A DNA stretch of 63,892 nucleotides, counting the filler, from Acidimicrobiia bacterium (GTDB lineage: Bacteria; Actinomycetota; Acidimicrobiia; Spongiisociales; SHLN01), in NCBI GenBank assembly GCA_041619515.1. It is 12 parts of 12 records of this genome, joined end to end, with 100 filler letters (N's around TTAATTAATTAA, not from the genome) between each part and the next. Parts side by side here need not be neighbours in the genome. Positions count along the whole stretch, not along the records: positions 1 to 6,224 come from JBFKDW010000117.1; positions 6,325 to 12,313 come from JBFKDW010000118.1; 10 more parts are not named here. The stretch is one strand, 5' to 3'. The notes under the pieces are model-generated. The model saw only the letters and a program-made list of their open reading frames with translations, was not told the origin of the DNA and ran no database searches. Of the stretch, positions 1 to 11,018 are shown piece after piece. The translations under genes and the position numbers were made by a program. The number at the start of each line of letters is the position of its first letter. The first letter of the stretch is position 1.

Positions 1-148
1 TGCCCCGCAGGGGCGGAGGGGGCGTCCGCGCAACCCCAAGCCCCCGTCAAGGCAACGCCGCCGTCTTCTCCTCCCCCGGAGGGGGAGGTGCCCCGCAGGG
101 GCGGAGGGGGCGTCCGCGCAACCCCAACCCCCCGTCAAGGCAGCGCCG
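1..148. repeat. GC-rich palindromic repeat cluster (type A units, reverse orientation), 88-bp tandem period
   Basis: TGCCCCGCAGGGGCGGAGGGGGCGTCCGCGCAACCCCAA occurs at 1 and 89; same core as clusters at 12414, 17945, 34947 and 46005. Confidence 0.85.
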
Positions 149-165
149 ACGCTGGAATTCTCCTG

Positions 166-1374
<1,209 letters not shown>

Positions 1375-1458
1375 GCCGGGAGGGTAGTGGGGCCGACCAC
1401 GGGGTTCGGGGCACTTCTCATTCGCACAACCAGCAGGGCTCGGCGCCAGTGCCCGGGC

Positions 1459-2094
1459 CTACTCCTGCGTCCACACGTTGGTCCGGGTGACCGCGTGTGC
1501 CAACCGCTCGAGGTAGGCGTTCCTCGAGATCTCGATCGCGCCGAGCGATTCCAGATGTGGCGTCTGCCACTGCACATCGAAGAGGTCGGCACCGTCCCGG
1601 TGCAACTTCTCAGCCATCCGTACCAGAGCGACCTTGGAGGCATCAGAGCGGCGGTGGAACATCGACTCGCCGGCGAATAGGGCGCCCACCGCGACCCCGT
1701 ACAGTCCGCCCACCAGCTCCCCCGTCCCGTCCCAGACTTCGATGCTGTGGGCCCACCCCAGCTCATGCAGCCGAACGTAGGCGGCGGCGATTTCGGGGGT
1801 GATCCATCCGTGGGGGCGGACCGGGTCGGCACAGCCTTCCACGACGCCGGCGAACTGGGTATCGAACGACACCGTGAACGTCTCGAGCGACCGCCTCAGT
1901 GATCGGGAGACGTGCACCCCGTCGAGAGGAATGATCGCCCTGGGGTCCGGCGACCACCAGGCCAGCACGTTGTCGGCACCGACCGGAGTCGGGAACATGC
2001 CCCTTCGGTAGGCGGCCAGGAGCGTTCCGGGCTCCAGGTCGGCACCGATCCCAACGATGCCATCCTCATCCGCCGATTCGACCGGCGGAAACAC
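1459..2094 (-). CDS. aat: Leucyl/phenylalanyl-tRNA--protein transferase (start uncertain; GTG 2094 chosen)
   Basis: LLAAYRRGMFP, WWSPDPRA, AHSIEVW, LVGGLYGV, FAGESMFH, DASKVAL, DVQWQTPHLESLG. Confidence 0.93.
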   Translation of the reverse strand: MFPPVESADEDGIVGIGADLEPGTLLAAYRRGMFPTPVGADNVLAWWSPDPRAIIPLDGVHVSRSLRRSLETFTVSFDTQFAGVVEGCADPVRPHGWITPEIAAAYVRLHELGWAHSIEVWDGTGELVGGLYGVAVGALFAGESMFHRRSDASKVALVRMAEKLHRDGADLFDVQWQTPHLESLGAIEISRNAYLERLAHAVTRTNVWTQE

Positions 2095-2131
2095 CCATGT
2101 CGTGCCGGGCGGCTCACGTGCCGGTTTCGCT

Positions 2132-2989
2132 TCAGATCCCTCCCGAGAACGTGTCGCACTGATTCGGGTCCCCCGATTCGAATCCGCGGGTGAACCACTT
2201 TGTGCGCTGCGCCGACGTGCCGTGGGTGAACGTGTGCGGGTTGGCGTAGCCCTGAGTGGCTTCCTGAATGCGATCGTCACCGACCGCCGCCGCCGCCGTC
2301 AGTGCCTCCTCGATGTCGCCCGGCTCGAGGTTGCTCGCCGCGCTGTGCGCCCACACTCCGGCCAGGCAGTCGGCCTGGAGCTCCTGGCGCACAGACAACG
2401 CATTGCGATCCTCGGTGCCGGACGTCCGCTGCAGGTTCTGGACCTCGCCCATGATGCCGAGCTCGTTTTGGACGTGATGGGCGTATTCGTGTGCAACCAC
2501 GTAGGCCTGGGCGAAATCGCCGGCCGCGCCGAAGCGCTGGTGCAGTGTCGAGAAGAACTCGAGATCGAGGTAGACGTTGGAATCGAGGCTGCAGTAGTGA
2601 GGTCCTACCGCCGCGGTGGCCCCGCCGCACGCCGACTGCGTCGAGCCCGTGAAAAGCACGAAGGTCGCCGGGTTGTAGGTGCGGTTGGCAGAGGCGAAGA
2701 TCGAAGCCCAGGTGTCCTGAATGTCGACATCGAGGAACTCCATGAAGGCCACCAGCTCGGCATCGGGATCGGGTGCGTTCGAGAGATCCTCTCCGGCAGG
2801 CGCCTGCTGGGCAGAGAGCTGTCCGAAGATGTCCTCCACGTTGAAGCCGCCGCCACCTCCTCCGAACAGCAGAGCGGCCAGGAGGCCCAGTATCCCGAGA
2901 CCACCGACGGCCGCTCCCCCAACCGCCGCTCCCCCGCGTCGTCTCCGGTCCTCGACATTGCTTGGCCCCTCAACCCTTCTCCAACGCAC
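2132..2989 (-). CDS. Neutral zinc metallopeptidase (YpfJ-like), membrane anchored
   Basis: MRW..NVEDRR N-terminus, Gly-rich TM segment, GPHYC, AHEYAHHVQ (HExxH), ELQADCLAG, FTHGTSAQR; GGAGG RBS. Confidence 0.92.
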   Translation of the reverse strand: MRWRRVEGPSNVEDRRRRGGAAVGGAAVGGLGILGLLAALLFGGGGGGFNVEDIFGQLSAQQAPAGEDLSNAPDPDAELVAFMEFLDVDIQDTWASIFASANRTYNPATFVLFTGSTQSACGGATAAVGPHYCSLDSNVYLDLEFFSTLHQRFGAAGDFAQAYVVAHEYAHHVQNELGIMGEVQNLQRTSGTEDRNALSVRQELQADCLAGVWAHSAASNLEPGDIEEALTAAAAVGDDRIQEATQGYANPHTFTHGTSAQRTKWFTRGFESGDPNQCDTFSGGI

Positions 2990-3061
2990 TCATACCTCCT
3001 CGAGCGGCCGTACCCTACCGCTCCCAGCACACTGTCGAGTCTGCCGCTTTACACTGCGTCC

Positions 3062-3457
3062 ATGAGCACCAAGCATTACGGTATGTCCGTCCACACTCCT
3101 CTCCGTCTCGAAGAAGCCGAAGCTCACATTCGCCAGGCCCTGAGTGACGAGGGTTTCGGCATCCTCACCGAGATCGACGTCGCCGCCACCCTCGCCAGCA
3201 AGCTCGGCGTCGAGCGAAAGCCTTACAAGATTCTCGGGGCGTGCAACCCGCCGCTCGCCCATCGGGCGTTGCAGGCCGACGAGTCGATAGGGCTGCTTCT
3301 CCCGTGCAACGTCGTCGTCTACGAAGACGAAGACGGCACGGTGGTGTCGGCGATCGAGCCGCTCATGATGGCCGAGCTGTCACCGGCGGTCCAGGAGATC
3401 GCCGACGAGGCGCACGATGCCCTGGAACGGGCAATCCAGACCGTTCCGGTCGGCTGA
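3062..3457 (+). CDS. DUF302 domain protein
   Basis: EGFGILTEIDV, YKILGACNP, IGLLLPCNVVV; TACACT 6 nt before the ATG. Confidence 0.9.
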   Translation: MSTKHYGMSVHTPLRLEEAEAHIRQALSDEGFGILTEIDVAATLASKLGVERKPYKILGACNPPLAHRALQADESIGLLLPCNVVVYEDEDGTVVSAIEPLMMAELSPAVQEIADEAHDALERAIQTVPVG

Positions 3458-3458
3458 C

Positions 3459-5162
3459 GTGGAGGCAAGGGTCGACCGGGCGCTGTCCCAACTCAGCATC
3501 AAGAAGGACGAGTGGGCTCGTCTCGCGGTCGACCACAAGCTTCGCTACCTCGACTCGATGCGGAGGGCGACGGCGGCCCACGCCGACGAGTGGGTGGCCG
3601 TCTCGCTCGAACACAAGCGGTTGCCCGCCGGCTCACCGCTGGCCGGTGAGGAGTGGATTTCCGGGCCTTACGCGCTGCTGCTCGCCATCAATGCCCTCAC
3701 GAAATCGCTGACGGCGATAGCGACCGGCACCGACGTGCTTGCCGGCACCAGTATTCACACCCGGAATGGAGGCCAGGTGGTGGTCGAAGTGTTCCCGGGT
3801 GACATCTTCGACCGGCTGCTCCTCAACGGATACCGGGCGGAAGTATGGATGCAGGAGGGTGTGACTCCCGCCAACCTGCGTGATCACGTAGCCTCGTTCT
3901 ACAAGCAGCCGAATCCTCGGGGGACGGTCGGCCTGATCCTCGGCGCCGGCAACATCTCCTCCATCCCGCTTCTCGATGTGCTGACCAAGATGTTCATCGA
4001 AGGCCAGGTGTCGCTGGTCAAGATGAACCCGATCAACGACTACCTGGGTCGCCTGTTCGAGGAGATTGCCACCGACCTCATCGACGACGGGTATCTCCGT
4101 TTCGCCTACGGCGGGAGCGACGTCGGTGCCTATCTGACGAATCACGACCTGGTGGATGCCCTCCACATCACCGGCAGCGCCGACACCTACAACAGAATCG
4201 TCTTCGGCGACGGCGAGGCGGGTGCCGACCGGCGGGCACGAAACGAGCCCATTATCTCGAAGCCGTTCACCAGTGAGCTGGGCGGCGTCGGTCCGACCAT
4301 CGTCGTTCCCGGGCCGTGGACCGATGCCGACCTCGCCTACCAGGCAGAGCATCTCGCCACCCAGAAGTTCCACAACGCCGGGTTCAACTGCATCGCCTCG
4401 CAGGTGCTGGTGCTTCCAAAAGGGTGGCCGGGATCAAATCGACTTGTCGACGAGCTGCGGCGCACCATCCGCAGCATCCCTGTTCGCGAGGCCTATTACC
4501 CCGGCGCCGACGAGCGTCAGCAGGCGGCGGTCGCCAAGCACCCCCAAGCTGAGGTCCTGGACTCCGGGCCGGTCCCGCGAACCCTCATCACCGACGTCGA
4601 CCCCAGCGGAAACGACGATTACGCCTTCACGACCGAGTTCTTCGGCGGAGTGTATGCCACCACCCAGCTCCCGGTGCGGGACCCGGCAGCCTTCTTGCGG
4701 GCTGCGGTCGACTTCTCGAACGAGAGGCTGGCGGGAACACTCGGGGCCCAGTTTCTCGTCCACCCCCGCACCCAGGAGCAACTGGGGGCGGTGCTCGATC
4801 AGGCCATCGCCGATCTGGACTACGGCAACGTCGGTGTCAACAGCTGGACGGGGGCGGGATACCTGCTCCCGACGGCCACCTGGGGTGCCTACCCCGGCCA
4901 CACCCCAGCCGACATCGGAAGCGGCGTTGGGGTGGTGCACAACGCCTATATGTTCGATCGGCCCGAAAAGACGGTGGTCTACGCCCCGTTTCACCCGTTC
5001 CCCCGGGCGTTGTTGAGCGGCCAGTTCCACCTGTCGCCGAAGCCACCCTGGTTCGTCACCCACCGCCGGGCCGACAAGGCCGGCGAGCGACTCACCCGCT
5101 TTGCCGCCGATCCGGGCTTCCGCCACCTGCCCGGCATCTTGGCGGCGGCGCTGCGCCACTAG
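3459..5162 (+). CDS. Aldehyde dehydrogenase family protein
   Basis: LGAGN, KMNP, HITGS, SELGG, NAGFNCIA (catalytic Cys), EFFG; GTG start 1 nt after the DUF302 stop. Confidence 0.88.
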   Translation: MEARVDRALSQLSIKKDEWARLAVDHKLRYLDSMRRATAAHADEWVAVSLEHKRLPAGSPLAGEEWISGPYALLLAINALTKSLTAIATGTDVLAGTSIHTRNGGQVVVEVFPGDIFDRLLLNGYRAEVWMQEGVTPANLRDHVASFYKQPNPRGTVGLILGAGNISSIPLLDVLTKMFIEGQVSLVKMNPINDYLGRLFEEIATDLIDDGYLRFAYGGSDVGAYLTNHDLVDALHITGSADTYNRIVFGDGEAGADRRARNEPIISKPFTSELGGVGPTIVVPGPWTDADLAYQAEHLATQKFHNAGFNCIASQVLVLPKGWPGSNRLVDELRRTIRSIPVREAYYPGADERQQAAVAKHPQAEVLDSGPVPRTLITDVDPSGNDDYAFTTEFFGGVYATTQLPVRDPAAFLRAAVDFSNERLAGTLGAQFLVHPRTQEQLGAVLDQAIADLDYGNVGVNSWTGAGYLLPTATWGAYPGHTPADIGSGVGVVHNAYMFDRPEKTVVYAPFHPFPRALLSGQFHLSPKPPWFVTHRRADKAGERLTRFAADPGFRHLPGILAAALRH

Positions 5163-5168
5163 GCAGGC

Positions 5169-5720
5169 TCAGAGCAAGTCGGCGGTCATCACCACGTCTG
5201 CAAACTCATCCTGGAGGTTGCTGGCGGTCACCCTGGCTAGCTCGTCGGCGGTGATGATGCCTCCGCCGTGGGCGGGGAGGTCGAAGGTGTAGGTGGCATC
5301 CAGCACGAACAGCGTGTCATAGCCGAGGTTGCCGGCCATCCGGGCGGTGGTCTCGCAGCACATGTTGGTCTGGATCCCCGTGACCGCCACCCCGGTGATC
5401 CCCCGGTCCTGCAACCAGCCATGCAGATCGGGCTCACCGAAGAACGCCGAGTTGACGTTCTTGGTGACGAGCAGGTCCGGCTCGCCGCTGACGACTTCCT
5501 TGAGGTTGTTGCCGGGCTGGTTGGGACGAAGCGGCGAGTCCGGCTTCACCGAGTCGTGCCGGACGAAGACAACCGGTCGGCCCTCCGCCCGCCAGGCGGC
5601 GAGAAGAGCCGCCAGGTTGCTCTCGAAGTCGGGGTTGTTGCGAGCACCCCAGCCCGGCAGGTCGAACCCGGCTTGGACGTCGACGACGACGAGCGCAGTG
5701 TTGTCGAGGTTGTGTTCCAT
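5169..5720 (-). CDS. Isochorismatase-family cysteine hydrolase
   Basis: ALVVVDVQ, K..NSAF, GIQTNMCCETTAR. Confidence 0.92.
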   Translation of the reverse strand: MEHNLDNTALVVVDVQAGFDLPGWGARNNPDFESNLAALLAAWRAEGRPVVFVRHDSVKPDSPLRPNQPGNNLKEVVSGEPDLLVTKNVNSAFFGEPDLHGWLQDRGITGVAVTGIQTNMCCETTARMAGNLGYDTLFVLDATYTFDLPAHGGGIITADELARVTASNLQDEFADVVMTADLL

Positions 5721-5744
5721 CGAAACGACGCTAGTACCGGCGGA

Positions 5745-6224
5745 TCAGTTCAGGCGGGGATCGATCGGAAACGAGGCCAGCAGGGCGGTGGTTCCCGCCT
5801 GCCGTTTGAGAACCGCCCTCCACAGGCCCTCGGGGTCGGGCGCGAATGCGTCCCCCGGCATCGCCTCGACGACAATCCAGCCTCCTTCGACGAGCTCGTC
5901 TTCCAACTGGCCCGGGCCCCAGCCTGCGTAGCCCGCATAGATTCGGACCCGGGCTTGGATCTCGCCGGGCGGCGCCGACAGGTCGACGATGTCCACTCCG
6001 GCGCCGGTTGCGCCCGCCACGGCATCTGCCAGCCCCACGGCCGCGTCGGGCTGCACCGGGCCACCGACGAACACCACTCCGGGCTCGGCCAACAGCGGCG
6101 CCCACTCGGGCAGTTCATCACCCAGCCGGCTCTCACTCGGGCGGTTGAGGATCACACCCACCGCTCCGTTCTCGTCATGCTCGAGGATGACGACGACGGC
6201 CCTGAAGAAGTTGGGATCGAGCAA
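5745..6224 (-). CDS. YqgE/AlgH (DUF179) family protein, 5' truncated by contig end
   Basis: DPNFFRAVV, GAVGVILNRP, GGPV, YAGYAGWGPGQLEDE, DPRLN. Confidence 0.92.
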   Translation of the reverse strand: MLDPNFFRAVVVILEHDENGAVGVILNRPSESRLGDELPEWAPLLAEPGVVFVGGPVQPDAAVGLADAVAGATGAGVDIVDLSAPPGEIQARVRIYAGYAGWGPGQLEDELVEGGWIVVEAMPGDAFAPDPEGLWRAVLKRQAGTTALLASFPIDPRLN

Positions 6225-6324
6225 NNNNNNNNNNNNNNNNNNNNNNNNNNNNNNNNNNNNNNNNNNNNTTAATTAATTAANNNNNNNNNNNNNNNNNNNN
6301 NNNNNNNNNNNNNNNNNNNNNNNN
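6225..6324. other. Artificial contig spacer (N44-TTAATTAATTAA-N44); identical spacers at 12314-12413, 18228-18327, 24129-24228, 29703-29802, 35268-35367, 40752-40851, 46225-46324, 51244-51343, 56256-56355, 61215-61314
   Basis: 100-bp N blocks carrying a six-frame stop linker; genes truncated on both sides; contigs sorted by size. Confidence 0.99.
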
Positions 6325-6325
6325 C

Positions 6326-7513
6326 CTCAGCGCCGTTCGGAGCCGGTTTCCCGCTTTGGAGCGAGAGCACGACGGACGGCCCCTCGTCTATCTCGACGGG
6401 CCCGGGGGCACGCAGGTTCCCGAATCGGTCCTCCACGCCATCGCATCTTCCCTGCGCGAGGGGATCAGCAATCTCGGCGGGCGGTACGCGTCGTCGCAGC
6501 TGAGCGCTGCCATCGTCAGCGACGCTCGTGCCGCCATGGCCGACCTCTACAACGGGTCGCCGAACGAGATCGTGTTCGCTCAGAACATGACGAGCCACAC
6601 GTTCGCGGTGAGCCGGGCGGTGGCCGCTACCTGGCGGCCGGGTGATGAGATCGTGCTGACCCGGCTGGACCACGACGCCAACATCGCTCCGTGGTTGCGG
6701 GCTGCCGAAGAACGTGATGTCACGGTCCGCTGGGTGGACTTCGAGGATTCCCGGCTCGCCCCCGCATCGTTCGACGCCGTCTTGAGTGACCGCACCAGGC
6801 TGGTGGCGGTCACCGCAGCATCGAATGCCATCGGGAGCATCGTCGACATCCGATCGGTGGCCGAGCGCGTCCACGCAACTCCTGCGATTCTGTACGTCGA
6901 CGCAGTCCATTACGCGCCCCACCGGCTCATCGATGTGCGGGCATGGGATGCCGACTTCCTCGTTGCCTCTGCCTACAAGTTCTTCGGGCCCCATATCGGG
7001 ATCCTGTTCGGGAAGGCTGGGCTGCTCGAGTCGCTTCCCGCCTACAAGGTGCGCCCGGCTCCCGAACGGGGACCCGATCGATGGGAGACTGGCACCCAGA
7101 GCTTCGAGACCCTCAGCGGAGTCACCGCCGCCGTCGACTATCTGGCGTCCCTCGGCAGTGGCGAGAGCCGGCGGGATCGGCTCACCTCCGCCTATGCGAA
7201 GGTCGGTGCCCACGAAGGGCGGCTGGCTGAGAGGTTCCTCGCCGGCATCTCCGAGCTGAGCCATGTTCGGCTGTTCGGGGCCACGGGCGGAGACCGCACG
7301 GCTACGTTCGCCGTTGCGGTAGACGGGCGGACCGACGCAGAGGTTGCGAGGATTCTCGGCGATCGCGGCATCTGCGTTTCCCACGGCACCTACTACGCCG
7401 TGGAAGTCATGAGGAGCCTCGGTCAGACCGGCCTGGTTCGCGTCGGGTTCGTGCACTACAACACGACCGACGAAGTCGACGCGGTGCTCAACGAGCTCGA
7501 CGCCCTCGGCTAG
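6326..7513 (+). CDS. Cysteine desulfurase-like protein (class V aminotransferase), 5' end at contig edge
   Basis: VRSRFPAL, YLDGPGGTQVP, LDHDANIAPW, VDAVHYAPH, SAYKFFGPH (PLP Lys), ETGT, HYNT. Confidence 0.92.
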   Translation, partial: LSAVRSRFPALEREHDGRPLVYLDGPGGTQVPESVLHAIASSLREGISNLGGRYASSQLSAAIVSDARAAMADLYNGSPNEIVFAQNMTSHTFAVSRAVAATWRPGDEIVLTRLDHDANIAPWLRAAEERDVTVRWVDFEDSRLAPASFDAVLSDRTRLVAVTAASNAIGSIVDIRSVAERVHATPAILYVDAVHYAPHRLIDVRAWDADFLVASAYKFFGPHIGILFGKAGLLESLPAYKVRPAPERGPDRWETGTQSFETLSGVTAAVDYLASLGSGESRRDRLTSAYAKVGAHEGRLAERFLAGISELSHVRLFGATGGDRTATFAVAVDGRTDAEVARILGDRGICVSHGTYYAVEVMRSLGQTGLVRVGFVHYNTTDEVDAVLNELDALG

Positions 7514-7924
7514 TCAGAAACGGCGGAAGGCGGCCCGGCTCACTCCGAGAATGGCTGCGCCGGCAACGTACTGGGCGACCAGCCAGCCACCGGTGTGGCC
7601 CGCGAACGAGCACAATCCGGCCCCGACCAGCAGGACGGCGCCTCCGACGGCCGAAGCCAGCAAACCCCACCGGCGAAGCACGACGAAACCGGCGACCGTG
7701 GCGAGAATCGAGAGGTCGAACGCGACCCCAACCAGGATGGCGGTGGTAGTCGGATCGTCTGTGGTCGGCGCCGGTGCCAGGCTGAAGATGACATACAGAG
7801 ACACCACCCACAGCGCGGCCACCGCCAGAGCGAGCCGGAACGGGATCCGGTCGTCGAGGGTGGGCGCCGGCGGGGCGTTCTCCGACCGGGCCGCCGCGAC
7901 ACGGATCCTGGTGAAGCTGGTCAT
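7514..7924 (-). CDS. Hypothetical membrane protein (about 4 TM helices)
   Basis: Four hydrophobic segments; GAAAGG RBS upstream; converges on the desulfurase-like gene. Confidence 0.75.
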   Translation of the reverse strand: MTSFTRIRVAAARSENAPPAPTLDDRIPFRLALAVAALWVVSLYVIFSLAPAPTTDDPTTTAILVGVAFDLSILATVAGFVVLRRWGLLASAVGGAVLLVGAGLCSFAGHTGGWLVAQYVAGAAILGVSRAAFRRF

Positions 7925-7990
7925 CTGATGCCTTTCAACAGTGTTCCGACAGTGTACCCGGCACCCGCCACTGCGGTCCGCAGGCGCGCG

Positions 7991-9019
7991 CTAGTCGGCC
8001 AGCGCCACCGCTTTGGCAATCTCCAGGTTCTTGCGGGCGGCGGGCCGATCCCGGCGGCCGAGACCACAGGAGGCCGCCACGTCGATCCGCCTGCCGAGCT
8101 GGTGCTCGATCTGGTCACGGATACTGACGAGATCCGCGATGGTGCTGCCCTCGTGGATGAAGCCACCGATGAATCGGACGTCCTCTGGAATCCACAGCCC
8201 CGACAGCGGGGCGTAGTAGTCGGGGTCCATAGAGGGTGGATCGGCCCCGTGGGCGAAGGGGGCGTGCACGTACTCGAGAACTCTCCCGGCCGGCCACCCG
8301 GCCATGATGGCGTTGGCGAGGATCACCAGCGGTCCCGCATCAGCCGGGTTCCCCATCGCCTCGTTGTTGAGATCACCAAGGCAGAGGTGCAAGCCGATTC
8401 GGGCTCCCGGTGGCGCAGCCTCGACCAGCCGGAGGATCTCCCGGGCGAACCGCTTGGCCGCCGCCGGCCGGGCCGGGCCGGGCATCTTGCTGAGCATGAT
8501 CAACTCGATAGGGACTTCGATCTGAAAGACGACCTGATCGCCGCCCCGGGCCCAGATTGCCCCCATCTCCCGAATGGTGGCGTCGCGGAACGGGCCGAGG
8601 TTGCGGAGCGTAATCGGGAGGTTGAAGCCGAACGAGACTGCCGCCACGTCGAAGTGGCCGGGAATGCCTACCTGCAATCTCCTCCCCGAGCCCGCCACCA
8701 TGTCCTCATACACCGGCCACGATGCTGCGAACTCCTCGTAGTAGTCGAGGTCCACCCAGCGCAGGTGCCGGCCCTTCCTCACTCGAAAGGCAGGGGTGTC
8801 GGTGTAGCTCGACCAGGAGCCATCCCGAGCGAGTTCGAGATCGGGGTGCCGCCGCAGGTTCTCCACCAGCCGGTTCACCCAGTCGGCCCGGTCTCCGGTC
8901 TCGCCGTCGGGCAGACACGGTCCAATGCTGTCGCCGAGAATCCCGGTCACCCACGAGAGGGCGTTCTCGGTGCTGCCGGCTGGAATCGTGCCGACGAGAT
9001 GAACGGAGCGATCCGTCAT
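7991..9019 (-). CDS. Cobalamin-independent methionine synthase II-like (URO-D/MetE superfamily) protein
   Basis: VHLVGTIP, LPDGETGDR..W, FQIEVP, HLCLGD and ASCGLGR candidate Zn ligands. Confidence 0.7.
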   Translation of the reverse strand: MTDRSVHLVGTIPAGSTENALSWVTGILGDSIGPCLPDGETGDRADWVNRLVENLRRHPDLELARDGSWSSYTDTPAFRVRKGRHLRWVDLDYYEEFAASWPVYEDMVAGSGRRLQVGIPGHFDVAAVSFGFNLPITLRNLGPFRDATIREMGAIWARGGDQVVFQIEVPIELIMLSKMPGPARPAAAKRFAREILRLVEAAPPGARIGLHLCLGDLNNEAMGNPADAGPLVILANAIMAGWPAGRVLEYVHAPFAHGADPPSMDPDYYAPLSGLWIPEDVRFIGGFIHEGSTIADLVSIRDQIEHQLGRRIDVAASCGLGRRDRPAARKNLEIAKAVALAD

Positions 9020-9055
9020 CGCGAAGATATCCCGCCGCCCGGGGTGCCGGGCACG

Positions 9056-10030
9056 CTAGCGCTCACCGGGATAGACGACCCCGATTTCGGCCCGGATCGC
9101 ATCGAGCACCCGCATGACGGCCAGCGAGTCATCGAGCGGGCGCATCGGGCTCTCCGTCTCACCGGCGGCAAGGGCCCGGTGCACCTCTGCCACCTCGAAC
9201 CGATACCCGCTTCCGTTCAACGGCCGGTCGATGGTCGCCACCGAGCCGTCTGGCGAGATGACGTCGATCCGCTCCGGCTGGTGAAATCGGGGATGGATCC
9301 TCGCCCGTCCGTTCGTGCCCACAATCTGGGCTTCCATTGGGGACTCGGCCATATAGGAGGCATACATCGCGGCGACGCCACCACCCGGGAAGGTGAGGGC
9401 GGCCGCCACTTGCTCGTCGACCCCGGACTCCGCCATGGCGGCGCTGGCCGAGACCCGGTCGGGTTCGCCGAGGATCAACATGGCGAGGGAGACGGGATAC
9501 ACGCCGAGATCGAGTAGGGCTCCGCCGCCGAAGTCGGGCTCGACCAGGCGGTGGCCGGGCCCGGCGTCGGCGCGAAACCCGAAGTCGGCCGAGACGGCCT
9601 TGATCTCGCCGAGGCCACCAGCGACGACCAACTCGTGCAGCTCCACTACGGCAGGGATGAACCGCATCCACATGGCCTCCATCAAGAACACGCCGGCGGT
9701 GGTGGCGGCCGCCACCATTTCCTGGGCCTGTCCTGCATTCAGCGCCAGCGGTTTCTCACACAGGACGGCTTTCCCGGCGCTGACCACATCCAGGGTGTTG
9801 CGATGATGCTGCTGGTTCCTGGTAGCCACGTACACCGCGTCGATGGCCTCGTCGGCCAGCAGCGCGTCGTAGCCAACGTACTGATGTGGGATTGCATAAC
9901 GCTCTGCAAAGCTCTGAGCTCGCTCGGAGCTGCGCGAGGCCACGGCCGCCACCCGGCCTCCTGCTTCCCGGATCCCTTGGACCATGGCGCCGGCGATATG
10001 GCCGGCGCCGAGGATTCCCCAGTTGATCAT
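9056..10030 (-). CDS. Gfo/Idh/MocA family oxidoreductase
   Basis: WGILGAGHIA, VLCEKP, LMEAMW, GGGALLDLGVY. Confidence 0.95.
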   Translation of the reverse strand: MINWGILGAGHIAGAMVQGIREAGGRVAAVASRSSERAQSFAERYAIPHQYVGYDALLADEAIDAVYVATRNQQHHRNTLDVVSAGKAVLCEKPLALNAGQAQEMVAAATTAGVFLMEAMWMRFIPAVVELHELVVAGGLGEIKAVSADFGFRADAGPGHRLVEPDFGGGALLDLGVYPVSLAMLILGEPDRVSASAAMAESGVDEQVAAALTFPGGGVAAMYASYMAESPMEAQIVGTNGRARIHPRFHQPERIDVISPDGSVATIDRPLNGSGYRFEVAEVHRALAAGETESPMRPLDDSLAVMRVLDAIRAEIGVVYPGER

Positions 10031-10034
10031 GCGG

Positions 10035-11018
10035 TCACCCTACTGGAGGGCCGGTTGCCAGCAGCCGCTGCATGAGGGTTGCTCGGAAGTCGAGCAATAC
10101 ACCCGGGATATGGCCCGATCCCTCCATGGTCCACAGTTCGACGGAAGCTCCGTCGGCGCAGTCGTCCCACACGGTTATCGTCGTCTCCTCCCCGGCCACC
10201 AACAGGTCGAAGTCGAAAGGACCCTCCCGAACCGTTGAGTCGGCGCAGGCGCCCACCTCCCGCCAGCGGGCGGCCGTGGCTTCGGCTCCCAGGATCCGAC
10301 TCCCAAAGAAGACACCGCCCTCGTACGGAACGGTGCCGTCGCTCGTGCCCTGGATGAAGAGCACTCGCATCGGCTCCGAACAGGCGTCGCCCGAGCCGAA
10401 GAGGCCCCCGGCGATGGCGGCGATGCCGGCGATGCGACCCGGATGCTCACACGCCAGTTTGTTGGCCATGAAGCCGCCGTTGGAGTGGCCGACGACGAAC
10501 ACACGGGCGGGGTCGGCGTTGTAGTCGGCGACGACCTCGTCGATGAGGGCCAACAGATATCCGACATCGTCGACCGGCGTGGTGAGATCGGTGACATTCC
10601 AGAACCGGTTCCCGAACGAGTCCCTCGTGCCATCGGGAGTGAGCGTGAGATACCCGAGGTCGGAGCCGGTGGCGCTGACTCCGAGGTACACGTCCTGTAG
10701 GCGGCCGCTGGCGGTGTATCCGTGGAGAAGGACGACCAAGGGCCGCGGCAGGCCTGCCGCGTCCCAGCCGGGAGGCAGCACCAGCCGGGCTGGCCGGTCG
10801 CCGCCCACGGTTGCCTCGTTCTGCCCCTCCGGGGCTGCCGGGGCAGGGTCGCTGGGCGAGGAGGTGGTGGTCGTCGCCGCCGCCGGCTCTCCTGCCGTTG
10901 TTGTCGTCGTTGCGGGGGCAGCCTCTCGTGTGGTCTCCGGAGCGGGTGCCGCCTCGCCGGCACAACCGGCTGCCAGCACGGCGGCTGCCACCAGCAGCGC
11001 CCTCACTCCTCCAGCCAC
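10035..11018 (-). CDS. Lipoprotein esterase, PHB-depolymerase/LpqC-LpqP-like alpha/beta hydrolase
   Basis: Lipobox LAAGC, Thr-rich linker, VVLLHG, VDDVGY, GHSNGGFMA, GTSDGTVPYEGG, GSGH. Confidence 0.85.
   Translation of the reverse strand: MAGGVRALLVAAAVLAAGCAGEAAPAPETTREAAPATTTTTAGEPAAATTTTSSPSDPAPAAPEGQNEATVGGDRPARLVLPPGWDAAGLPRPLVVLLHGYTASGRLQDVYLGVSATGSDLGYLTLTPDGTRDSFGNRFWNVTDLTTPVDDVGYLLALIDEVVADYNADPARVFVVGHSNGGFMANKLACEHPGRIAGIAAIAGGLFGSGDACSEPMRVLFIQGTSDGTVPYEGGVFFGSRILGAEATAARWREVGACADSTVREGPFDFDLLVAGEETTITVWDDCADGASVELWTMEGSGHIPGVLLDFRATLMQRLLATGPPVG

Noticed and set aside
2057..3457. 466-aa ORF ending in DUF302
   Set aside because: The upstream part is antisense to the metallopeptidase gene; the real start is 3062
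6269..6280. TTAATTAATTAA motif recurring 11 times
   Set aside because: Artificial six-frame stop linker inside N padding
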